From NCBI GenBank assembly GCA_902601705.1, contig CACKNV010000002.1:44043-108042 (forward strand): a stretch of DNA of 64,000 nucleotides, written 5' to 3'. The notes beneath the pieces are model-generated. The model worked only from the letters and a program-made list of their open reading frames with translations, was not told the DNA's origin and did no database searches. A program made the translations under genes and the position numbers. This document shows, piece by piece, positions 41,603 through 49,956 of this stretch. This DNA comes from an uncultured Pelagibacteraceae bacterium (GTDB lineage: Bacteria; Pseudomonadota; Alphaproteobacteria; Pelagibacterales; Pelagibacteraceae). Positions within the stretch are counted from its first letter, which is position 1. The number at the start of each line of letters is the position of its first letter.

Positions 41603-42292
41603 ATGACGAAAAAAAATAGCCTTAATCCAATAAAGTTACTAAAATATTATAATTTAATTAATCATAATTTAATTTACAATAACTCGGCAATCAATAGGTA
41701 TAAAAGGGACAAATTTGAAATTTCTGTCGATAAAGTTGAAAGTTTGGAACGATTAAAAAAAAAAATTTTTGATATTAAAGATTGTGATCTCAAAAACAAT
41801 GCAACAAACATGGTTTTTAGTGATGGTAATCCAAAGTCAAAAATTATGCTAATTGGCGAAGCCCCAGGTTCAAATGAAGATCAGGAAGGGCTTCCTTTTG
41901 TTGGAAGGGCGGGAGCTTTACTTGATAAAATGCTTTCTGCAATTAATTTAGATAGAAAAAAAGTATATATATCAAACATAATAAATTATCGACCTCCCGG
42001 AAATAGAAGGCCTACAGATGAGGAAATTAAAAGATATTTGCCTTTCATTACCAAACACATAGAAATTATAAATCCAAAAATTCTTGTTTTGCTTGGAAGT
42101 ACGGCAATGAGTGCTTTAATAGGAAATGAAGTTGTAATTTCCAAAATGAGGGGTAAATGGATTGAAAAAAAATTTGGTAGTTGCAAGACATCAGTAATTA
42201 TCACATTTCATCCTGCTTTTTTAATGAGACAACCAGCGCAGAAAAAAATGGCTTGGATCGATTTAAAAATGATAAGAGATAAAAAAATTTAA
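41603..42292 (+). CDS. Uracil-DNA glycosylase, family 4-like
   Basis: Motifs: IMLIGEAPGSNEDQEGLPFVGRAG, YRPPGNRRPT, ITFHPAFLMR. Confidence 0.85.
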   Translation: MTKKNSLNPIKLLKYYNLINHNLIYNNSAINRYKRDKFEISVDKVESLERLKKKIFDIKDCDLKNNATNMVFSDGNPKSKIMLIGEAPGSNEDQEGLPFVGRAGALLDKMLSAINLDRKKVYISNIINYRPPGNRRPTDEEIKRYLPFITKHIEIINPKILVLLGSTAMSALIGNEVVISKMRGKWIEKKFGSCKTSVIITFHPAFLMRQPAQKKMAWIDLKMIRDKKI

Positions 42293-42297
42293 TTAAA

Positions 42298-42870
42298 TTG
42301 AAAAAAAAAATTATTATTGCTGGAGTTGATGAAGTTGGAAGAGGATGTTTAGCTGGTCCGGTGGTTTCAGCAGCTGTAATACTAAAAGAAAGTATAAATC
42401 TAGACCTCCTCAAAGATTCCAAAAAAATAAGCTTTAAAAAAAGATTAGAAATCTCAGAACATATTAAGTCTTATTCACATTATGCTATCGGTTTAGCTTC
42501 TGTAGAAGAAATTTTAGATTTGAATATTTTACAAGCATCATTGCTTTCAATGAAAAGAGCTTTAGAACAGCTGACTTTAAAACCAGATTTGACGTTGATA
42601 GATGGAAATTTCGCTCCAAGTGGCTTAAAAAATTATAAAACTATAGTTAATGGTGATGAAAAAATTAAAGTCATAAGTGCAGCTTCTATTATCGCTAAAG
42701 TTTATAGAGATAAACTCATGATTAAACTTGCTGAAGAATTTTCTAACTATTCTTGGGAAAAAAATTTTGGTTATGGAACTAAAGCTCATTTAGACGGTCT
42801 AAAAAAATTTGGTATTACCTCTCATCACAGAAAAGGTTTTAAACCCGTACACAAGATGTTGTCTAACTAA
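42298..42870 (+). CDS. rnhB: Ribonuclease HII
   Basis: Motifs: IAGVDEVGRGCLAGPVV, DSKK, ASIIAKVYRD, GYG. It has a TTG start followed by an A10 run. Confidence 0.93.
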   Translation: MKKKIIIAGVDEVGRGCLAGPVVSAAVILKESINLDLLKDSKKISFKKRLEISEHIKSYSHYAIGLASVEEILDLNILQASLLSMKRALEQLTLKPDLTLIDGNFAPSGLKNYKTIVNGDEKIKVISAASIIAKVYRDKLMIKLAEEFSNYSWEKNFGYGTKAHLDGLKKFGITSHHRKGFKPVHKMLSN

Positions 42871-42942
42871 GAGTCTTAAACACTAGAAAACTAATTTTTT
42901 CATCAAAAAAGTTTGACCCTGAATTCAATTTAAGGTTGAATC
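42871..42942. promoter_or_regulatory. Two GANTC (CcrM target) sites in the ccrM upstream region
   Basis: GAGTC lies at 42871-42875 and GAATC at 42938-42942, within the 77-nt gap between the rnhB stop and the ccrM ATG. Confidence 0.5.
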
Positions 42943-42947
42943 TAAAA

Positions 42948-44021
42948 ATGTCAAAATTTTCCAGTCAAATCGTTAATGGGGATTGTTTAGAGGAAATAAA
43001 AAAAATTCCTGAAAAGACCTTTGATTTAGTTTTTGCTGACCCTCCATACAATATGCAGATTGGTGAAAAATTAACTCGACCTGACTCAAGTAAAGTGAAT
43101 GGTGTAAATGATAAGTGGGATCAATTTAATAGTTTCAAACATTACGATGAATTCTGCATTGCTTGGCTAAATGAATGTAAAAGAATTCTAAAAGATAATG
43201 GAAGTATTTGGGTGATAGGATCTTATCATAATATTTTTCGTCTAGGTTATCACTTACAAAATTTAGATTACTGGCTGCTTAATGACGTAATCTGGAGAAA
43301 GAATAATCCTATGCCAAATTTTAAAGGTACACGATTTACTAATGCACATGAAACTCTTATCTGGGCTTCAAAAAATAAGAAATCAAAATATACGTTTAAT
43401 TATCAATCGTTAAAATGCTTAAATGATGACTTACAAATGAGATCAGACTGGACATTACCTATTTGCAACGGAAAAGAGAGGTTAAAGAAAAATGGAAAAA
43501 AAATTCATTCTACACAAAAACCAGAGGCGCTTTTACATAGAATTATTTTAGCTACTACAAACAAAGGTGATACCATCTTTGATCCTTTTTTAGGCACTGG
43601 AACAACAGCCGTGGTTGCTAAAAAATTAGGTAGAAAATATTTTGGAATAGAAAGAGATAAAAAGTATTTTAAAGCTGCTAGCGAACGAATAAAAAAAACT
43701 AAGGTAATTGAGGATGAATACTTAGATACTGTTGAAAACAATAAATCAAAACCAAGAATACCTTTTGGTTCTCTTGTGGAACTAGGAATATTAAAGCCAG
43801 GTACTACCCTATTTGATCCTAAAAAGAAAATTAATGCCAAAATTATGGCTGATGGAAGTATTAAATATAAAGAGTCAGAAGGTTCAATTCATAAAGTGGC
43901 AGCAACAATCATGGGAGCTGAAAGCTTTAATGGTTGGACTTATTGGCATTGTAATATTAATGGATCCACCGTTGTAATTGATAGTTTAAGACAAAAATTT
44001 ATCTCAGAAACTAAAGCTTAA
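42948..44021 (+). CDS. ccrM: Cell-cycle-regulated DNA adenine methyltransferase CcrM-type (beta-class N6-MTase, GANTC specificity inferred)
   Basis: Motifs: IVNGDCLE, FADPPYN, HSTQKPEALL, DPFLGTGTT. The CcrM-like C-terminal extension FGSLVELG...GSIH is present. The ATG at 42948 is preferred over the track's TTG at 42936. Confidence 0.9.
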   Translation: MSKFSSQIVNGDCLEEIKKIPEKTFDLVFADPPYNMQIGEKLTRPDSSKVNGVNDKWDQFNSFKHYDEFCIAWLNECKRILKDNGSIWVIGSYHNIFRLGYHLQNLDYWLLNDVIWRKNNPMPNFKGTRFTNAHETLIWASKNKKSKYTFNYQSLKCLNDDLQMRSDWTLPICNGKERLKKNGKKIHSTQKPEALLHRIILATTNKGDTIFDPFLGTGTTAVVAKKLGRKYFGIERDKKYFKAASERIKKTKVIEDEYLDTVENNKSKPRIPFGSLVELGILKPGTTLFDPKKKINAKIMADGSIKYKESEGSIHKVAATIMGAESFNGWTYWHCNINGSTVVIDSLRQKFISETKA

Positions 44022-45151
44022 TTCGTATAAACTTTACCTAAGTATCTTTTTACAAAAAATTTACGTTTTACCAAAAACTTTAAAAGTAGATTTCTGACGT
44101 TTTGCATAATTTTGCTTGAAAAGTGAAATGCAAAGAAATTAAAATTTGATCTACTTCTTATGATTTTTGCCCTTTTTGATCTTATTTCAAAATAATCATT
44201 TTCTTTATCAAGCTTATCTTTTGTCAATAAATTAAATATTTCAAAAGCACTTTCTATAGATTGTCCGGCGCCTTGCGCAAGAGTTGGTAAAAACCCATTA
44301 AAGGCATCTCCAATATAAAATACCTTTTTATTAGAAGAGGGAATAATTTTTGGAGTAAAATATAAAGGCCATGTTTTTATTTCATTCTCAAATATATTCT
44401 TTAATTTAGGGTTTTGTTTTAAAACTATTTCTTGAACTAACTGTTTGACATTATCGGGCTCATATTTTTTACACCTCATTATACAAACCATATTAAGTTC
44501 TTTTTTTTTATTTATTGGATAAAGAACAATATGACTATTACTTCCAAGCATTAAACTTATATTTTCATCATTTATATCTAGTTCAGATTTTGAATTTAAT
44601 ATTACTCTAGCTGCAATAGCTTTTTTAAATCTTGGTTCAATTTTTTTCATTTCAAAAAATGACCTAGTATTTGAAAATATTCCATCAGCAGCAATAACAA
44701 AATCTACTAAATCATTTGTATTATCATCAAATTTGATAAGAATTTTGTCTTTTAGTTCAGAGACTTCCTTCATTTTTTTTCCAAATCTTAAATGCTGCGT
44801 GTAAATATCTTCTTTCAAAAATTCAATTAAAGTTGATCTTTGCAGCGTTGTGTACTTTGCTTCAGGACTATTAAACTTTGATAAATTTAAGTCACATATT
44901 TTTTCATTTCCTATATTGTAAAAATCTATTGTTTTTGGGTGAAAAATTTTTTCAATTCTAATTTTATCAAAACTTATTTGATTTAAAATTTTTATACTGT
45001 TGGCGGCTAATTGAATACCGTAGCCCTCCTCAAGAGACAAACTTTCTTCTCTTTCATAAACCATAAATTCATGATCTGTATATTTTTTTACTAAATTTGC
45101 TAAAGTTAATCCTGCTATGCCAGCGCCAATTATTGCAATTTTTTTTTTCAT
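44018..45151 (-). CDS. FAD-dependent monooxygenase (UbiH/salicylate hydroxylase-like family)
   Basis: N-terminal Rossmann motif KIAIIGAGIAGLTLA, then DGIFSNTR and GDAFNGFLPTLAQGAGQSIE. Confidence 0.75.
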   Translation of the reverse strand: MKKKIAIIGAGIAGLTLANLVKKYTDHEFMVYEREESLSLEEGYGIQLAANSIKILNQISFDKIRIEKIFHPKTIDFYNIGNEKICDLNLSKFNSPEAKYTTLQRSTLIEFLKEDIYTQHLRFGKKMKEVSELKDKILIKFDDNTNDLVDFVIAADGIFSNTRSFFEMKKIEPRFKKAIAARVILNSKSELDINDENISLMLGSNSHIVLYPINKKKELNMVCIMRCKKYEPDNVKQLVQEIVLKQNPKLKNIFENEIKTWPLYFTPKIIPSSNKKVFYIGDAFNGFLPTLAQGAGQSIESAFEIFNLLTKDKLDKENDYFEIRSKRAKIIRSRSNFNFFAFHFSSKIMQNVRNLLLKFLVKRKFFVKRYLGKVYTN

Positions 45152-46152
45152 TAGAATAAAGATGAAACTTGATTAAATATTCTTTTGGTGAAACTAGGAA
45201 TAAATTCTTTATTATCTTCTAAAGAATACCAATTATATGATTTTGGGATCTTGTTTGAAAATTTATAGTACAAATTAATATTAAGACTTAAATTTGAAAT
45301 AGAATTTTTATAATTTTTTAAAAATTTCCAATTTTTATTTACCGAATTATTTTCTACTTCTTTTATTAATGGTAAATTAAAATTTTTGAGAAATTTTATT
45401 TCATTCTTTTTAGTCAAAGCTATTTGTTTTTTTTTACTCACGTAACAAAAAATATTGTAGTTCATAACTTTTATTTTTTTTCTTTTATTACCTTTAATCT
45501 TATTTGATGATTTAAAATACCTACAACTTTTATTCAAACAACATTGACTACATTTTGGGTCTTTTGGCTTACAAATTAAAGCTCCGAATTCCATTAACGC
45601 CTCAACAAAATCAGAGTTTCTGTTAGTAATAAAAAGATTTTTTTTATTACAGTCAATTAACTGTTCAAAATTTATCTTGGACTCCTTTTTATTTAGATAT
45701 CTTGTGAATACTCTTTTTACATTTCCGTCTAAAGCTATTGTTGGATAATTATGAATAAAACCCATCAGCGCGTTAGCAGTGTAATCTCCAACTCCTGGTA
45801 ATTTTTTTATTTCTTTTAAAGTATTTGGTAGCTTAGAATTAAGTTCTTTTACTAATAATTTAACAGATGCTAACAAATTTCTAGCCCTTCTGTAATAACC
45901 CAAACCCTCCCACATTTTTAGAATTTGAGTTTCATTAGCTTTAGATAACGACTTAAGTGTCTTATATTTTCTAGTAAATTTTTTAAAATAAGGGATGACC
46001 GTTTTTACTTGTGTTTGTTGCAACATAAATTCACTCAAAAGTCTGTAATAAAGCTTTTTTGGTGATTTTTTGCTAACACGCCATGGTAAATTTCGTTTGC
46101 TATTATCATACCAAGCAAGAATTTTTTTTGATAAAGTTGGACTTAAATGCAT
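45151..46152 (-). CDS. mutY: A/G-specific adenine DNA glycosylase MutY
   Basis: LAWYDNSKRNLPWR, the HhH-GPD motif LPGVGDYTANA, and the Fe-S motif CKPKDPKCSQCCLNKSC. The ATG at 46152 (MHLSPTLSKKIL...) is preferred over the upstream start at 46188. Confidence 0.9.
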   Translation of the reverse strand: MHLSPTLSKKILAWYDNSKRNLPWRVSKKSPKKLYYRLLSEFMLQQTQVKTVIPYFKKFTRKYKTLKSLSKANETQILKMWEGLGYYRRARNLLASVKLLVKELNSKLPNTLKEIKKLPGVGDYTANALMGFIHNYPTIALDGNVKRVFTRYLNKKESKINFEQLIDCNKKNLFITNRNSDFVEALMEFGALICKPKDPKCSQCCLNKSCRYFKSSNKIKGNKRKKIKVMNYNIFCYVSKKKQIALTKKNEIKFLKNFNLPLIKEVENNSVNKNWKFLKNYKNSISNLSLNINLYYKFSNKIPKSYNWYSLEDNKEFIPSFTKRIFNQVSSLF

Positions 46153-46632
46153 AATAAAAATAATAATAAAACTCAAACTTTCATACAAGGGCTAAGACCT
46201 TTTTCAAGCTCAATTCCTAAAACGCTTAAAAAATTTCTTAAAAAAGGTGGATATAACTATTCTAATATCGTGGATAATTGGACAAAAATGGTTAGCAAAA
46301 AAATTTCAGACGCGTGTTATCCTGTAACAATTAAAATGGGTAAAGAAATGAGAAATGGCACTTTAGTGCTAAATGTGGTTCACGGAAAAGAAATTGAAGT
46401 TGAGTACATGAAAAAAGAAATAATTGATAAAATAAATAGCTTTTTTGGCTACAGCTGTATCAATCAAGTGTCGTTGAAAATTGTCCAAGATACAATAAAA
46501 TCAAAAAATAAAGTTTTTCCTAAAATTGAAAACTTGCCAAAAATTGAAGAAAAAATGAATAAAATAAAAGATAGTCATCTCAAAAACTCTTTAAAAATTT
46601 TTTTGAAAGCATTTAATGAAAGAAATAAATAA
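46147..46632 (+). CDS. DUF721/DciA-like protein (candidate replicative helicase operator)
   Basis: The pattern NIVDNWTKMVSKKISDACYPVTIK...GTLVLNVVHGKEIEVEYMKKEIIDKINSFFG resembles the DUF721 core (W..ivG...p..l..g.L.v.v.s...a.el......i...in). Judged by eye only. Confidence 0.5.
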   Translation: MHNKNNNKTQTFIQGLRPFSSSIPKTLKKFLKKGGYNYSNIVDNWTKMVSKKISDACYPVTIKMGKEMRNGTLVLNVVHGKEIEVEYMKKEIIDKINSFFGYSCINQVSLKIVQDTIKSKNKVFPKIENLPKIEEKMNKIKDSHLKNSLKIFLKAFNERNK

Positions 46633-47206
46633 ATTTTTTTATATAACTATAATAACCTTTTTTTCCTGCATCGCACCAGTCGAGAGCAAAATATTGAGTA
46701 TGGGAAGTTCAGAAGCAAAGGTTACAGTGAAAGTTTTTTCATCATTAACGTGTCCTCATTGTGCTAATTTTCATGTCGCAATTTTTAATAACCTTAAAAG
46801 AGACTATATTGATAAAGGATTAGTAAAATTTGAGCATCATCCTTTTCCGCTTGATTTAGCGGCGCTCAATGCTGAAGTAATTGTAAATTGTCAGACTAAT
46901 AATAATCGAAAATTTGAATTGTTAGAGGAAATTTATAAAAAACAAAAATTTTGGGCTGTTGGCTCTGACATAGATAAAATTAACGATTTGATTAAAGAAG
47001 TAGGTTTAAACTTCGATCTATCAAAAGAAAAAATGGACAGATGTCTTAAAGATAGCGATGCTCAAGATATGATTCTAGAACAAAGAATTGAAGCTCAAAA
47101 AAAATATAAAATTGAATCTACCCCAACAATATTTGTGAATGAAAAAAAATATAAAAATAAAATAGATTATAAATCTTTTAAAAAGATAATTGATAAAAAT
47201 TTATAA
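46616..47206 (+). CDS. DsbA-family periplasmic thiol:disulfide oxidoreductase
   Basis: Signal peptide, active site CPHC and a thioredoxin fold pattern (STPTIFVN). Confidence 0.85.
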   Translation: MKEINKFFYITIITFFSCIAPVESKILSMGSSEAKVTVKVFSSLTCPHCANFHVAIFNNLKRDYIDKGLVKFEHHPFPLDLAALNAEVIVNCQTNNNRKFELLEEIYKKQKFWAVGSDIDKINDLIKEVGLNFDLSKEKMDRCLKDSDAQDMILEQRIEAQKKYKIESTPTIFVNEKKYKNKIDYKSFKKIIDKNL

Positions 47207-49651
47207 ATGAAGTTTAAACAATTAGACATAACAGGTTTTAAATCATTTTCTGAAAAAACCACCTTTTTAATTGAAGATGGGTTGACTGGTATAGTTGGTC
47301 CCAATGGATGTGGTAAATCGAATGTTGTAGAGTCTCTAAGATGGTGCATGGGAGAAAACTCTGCAAAAAGTATGAGGGGAAGTGGGATGGAGGATGTAAT
47401 TTTTTCCGGTACTTCTAATAGACCCTCGAAAAATATTTCAGAGGTATCTTTAATGCTTGATAATCAGAACAAAGAGGGTCCAGCTCAATTTAAAGAATTT
47501 GATGAGATTACTATAAGAAGAAAAATCGAAAGAGATAAAGGATCTAAATATTACATAAATGATAGAGAAGTAAGAGCGAAAGATGTGCAAACTTTGTTTG
47601 CAGACTTATCAACTGGAGCTCATTCACCTTCACTTATTAGTCAAGGAAGAATTGGACAACTTGTAATTTCTAAACCAATTGAAAGAAAATCTATTCTTGA
47701 AGAAGCTGCAGGAATATCAGGAATTCACGCTAGAAGACAAGAAGCAGAAACAAGACTTAATGCAGCAGAAAATAATTTAAAAAGAGCCGATGAGCTCAAA
47801 AAACAACAACAAAAACAACTGGATAATTTAAAAAAACAAGCTGAAGAGGCTACAAAATACAAAGAAATTTCAAGAGAGATTAAGAGAGTGGAAGCAGGCT
47901 TATATTATTTAAAAATTAGAGAAATAGAAAAAGATAAAAAAAAAATATTAGAAAAACTTAGTGAACTTGAGGATGAAATAAGCGCAATAAATATCGATTT
48001 TAATCATAACAACACACTTTTGGAGGAAGAAAATAAGAAATTAGCACCGCTTAGAGATAAAAAGATGGAAAGCGTTGCAAGCTTACAAAAGATCAATTTA
48101 GACATGGCTAGTCTAGATGAGGAGGAAGCTAGGGTAAAATCATTACAAGAAAAATTAGAAAAATCTATTAGAACAGTAGAGTCAGATCTTGAACGAGAGA
48201 AAAGTATTTCTTTAGATGCAGACTTAAATGAAAAAAGAATTTCAAAGGAAAAAGAAGAGTTGCTTAAAACAGAGAGTCAATTATCAAAAGTAGAATATAA
48301 TTCATCAAAAGAACTCAAGGAATCTAAATCACAATTAAATAGTTTACAAATTCAATTAGATGAAATGTTAGATAAAATTGAGAAATATATTAAAGAAGGT
48401 AAAAAACTCACCATAGAAATATTTGGAGAACTAAAAAAATTAGTAAAAAAAATTACCTCTTCACAAGAGGAGTATGCTGAAAAATATGGAAAAGATAAAT
48501 CAATCCAAAGTGACTCTATTAAAAGGAAAGAAAGAATTAAAAATATTGACTTAGAATTAGAAAATTGGAGAAATTTGAAATCTAATTCAGAAAAAATGAT
48601 ATATGAATTAAGTGATAGAAAAAGTAAACTTCAGACTGAGCTAACTGATAATCAAAAAAATCCTGAGAGAATAGCAACATCAAAAGGGCAAAACCTTCAA
48701 AATTTAGAAAATACAAAAAAAAGAAATGAAGAGATTGAAAATGAACTGATAGAAGCCGAAAAAAAATATACTTCCATAAATCAAAACATTAAAGAAATTC
48801 AGTCCAAACTTTCTGATTTAAAAGAAAATAAGGCTAGAAATGAAGCTACTCTAGAAGGAATCGAAAATAGAAAAAAAGATCTTTTATTTTCTGTTAAAAG
48901 CGAATTGAACATTGAAAATGAAGATGAGTTGCTTCCTCGATCAGATTTAAACCAAGTATCCCCTGATAATCTCCCATCATTAGAGGATCAATCTCAAAAA
49001 TCAGATAAAATCAAAAAACAAAGAGATTCCTTAGGCTCAGTAAATCTTAGGGCAGATGAGGAAACCAAAAAGTATGAGACAGAGATAAAAAAAATGGAAG
49101 ATGATAGAGCCGATCTTTATTCAGCAATTGTAAAACTAAAAACAAGTATTGACGAACTCAATCAAAAAGGAAGAGAAAGATTATTGGATGCTTTTACAAA
49201 AGTGAATAGGAAATTTAACGAAGTTTACACAAAATTATTTAGTGGTGGTAGTGCAAAAATAGAGTTGGTAGACTCTGAAGATCCTTTGGAAGCTGGATTA
49301 GAGATGTATGTTTCGCCTCCAGGTAAAAGGTTGCAGTCAATCACATTGCTATCAGGGGGAGAGCAAGCTCTAACAGCTTTGTCTTTAATTTTTGCTGTAT
49401 TTCTAGTAAATCCATCGCCAATTTGTGTTTTAGATGAAGTTGATGCTCCCCTAGATGATGCTAATGTCACAAGATTTTGTGAACTGTTAGATGAGCTTAC
49501 AAAAATTACAAATACAAAATTTATAATTATTACCCATCATGCTTTAACCATGTCTAGGATGCATAGGTTATACGGGGTTACAATGGCTGAGCAAGGTGTA
49601 AGTCAGCTTGTTTCTGTAGATTTACAAAAAGCAGAGGAATTAGTAGCCTAA
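47207..49651 (+). CDS. smc: SMC chromosome condensation/segregation ATPase, unusually short (814 aa)
   Basis: The N-terminal head reads FKSFSEKTTFLIEDGLTGIVGPNGCGKSNVVESLRWCMGE. The C-terminal head reads LLSGGEQALTALSLIFAVFLVNPSPICVLDEVDAPLDDANV. Coiled-coil sequence is continuous between the two heads. Confidence 0.9.
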   Translation: MKFKQLDITGFKSFSEKTTFLIEDGLTGIVGPNGCGKSNVVESLRWCMGENSAKSMRGSGMEDVIFSGTSNRPSKNISEVSLMLDNQNKEGPAQFKEFDEITIRRKIERDKGSKYYINDREVRAKDVQTLFADLSTGAHSPSLISQGRIGQLVISKPIERKSILEEAAGISGIHARRQEAETRLNAAENNLKRADELKKQQQKQLDNLKKQAEEATKYKEISREIKRVEAGLYYLKIREIEKDKKKILEKLSELEDEISAINIDFNHNNTLLEEENKKLAPLRDKKMESVASLQKINLDMASLDEEEARVKSLQEKLEKSIRTVESDLEREKSISLDADLNEKRISKEKEELLKTESQLSKVEYNSSKELKESKSQLNSLQIQLDEMLDKIEKYIKEGKKLTIEIFGELKKLVKKITSSQEEYAEKYGKDKSIQSDSIKRKERIKNIDLELENWRNLKSNSEKMIYELSDRKSKLQTELTDNQKNPERIATSKGQNLQNLENTKKRNEEIENELIEAEKKYTSINQNIKEIQSKLSDLKENKARNEATLEGIENRKKDLLFSVKSELNIENEDELLPRSDLNQVSPDNLPSLEDQSQKSDKIKKQRDSLGSVNLRADEETKKYETEIKKMEDDRADLYSAIVKLKTSIDELNQKGRERLLDAFTKVNRKFNEVYTKLFSGGSAKIELVDSEDPLEAGLEMYVSPPGKRLQSITLLSGGEQALTALSLIFAVFLVNPSPICVLDEVDAPLDDANVTRFCELLDELTKITNTKFIIITHHALTMSRMHRLYGVTMAEQGVSQLVSVDLQKAEELVA

Positions 49652-49656
49652 TTAAA

Positions 49657-49941
49657 ATGAATACACCCGAAGATTTTAAAACTCGCCTAAAAATTGCAAA
49701 ATCAAAAATTCAAAAACAAGTTCAGTCTGATGGTATAAAAAAGGGCTCATTTATGGGTAGCGCTTTTAAATTAGGCACCGAGCTTGTGGCAGCAGTTGCT
49801 GTTGGGACAATAATTGGGTTTATTTTAGATAGTTGGTTTGATACTAAACCTTGGTTAATAATAATTTTCTTTTTTTTAGGTACGTCAGCAGGAATATTAA
49901 ACGTAATAAGAACTGCTAATCGAATGCAAAAAGAGGACTAA
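49657..49941 (+). CDS. atpI: ATP synthase protein I (AtpI-like small membrane protein)
   Basis: 94 aa with two TM helices (LVAAVAVGTIIGFILD, WLIIIFFFLGTSAGILNV). It lies immediately upstream of atpB. Confidence 0.65.
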   Translation: MNTPEDFKTRLKIAKSKIQKQVQSDGIKKGSFMGSAFKLGTELVAAVAVGTIIGFILDSWFDTKPWLIIIFFFLGTSAGILNVIRTANRMQKED

Positions 49942-49956
49942 TATTATAGGAAATTT

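Noticed and set aside
42301-42310. An A10 run at the start of rnhB, along with many other A8-A10 runs, considered as possible slippage or phase-variation tracts.
   Set aside because: Homopolymeric A/T runs encoding Lys/Phe are everywhere in this AT-rich sequence, including in essential genes. There is no evidence of frameshifted copies.
42871-42947. CtrA-box-like TTAA-N7-TTAA patterns near ccrM and upstream of mraZ.
   Set aside because: Only half-sites or near-misses are present (for example TTAA-N7-TCTA). At this base composition TTAA is too frequent for such partial matches to mean anything.
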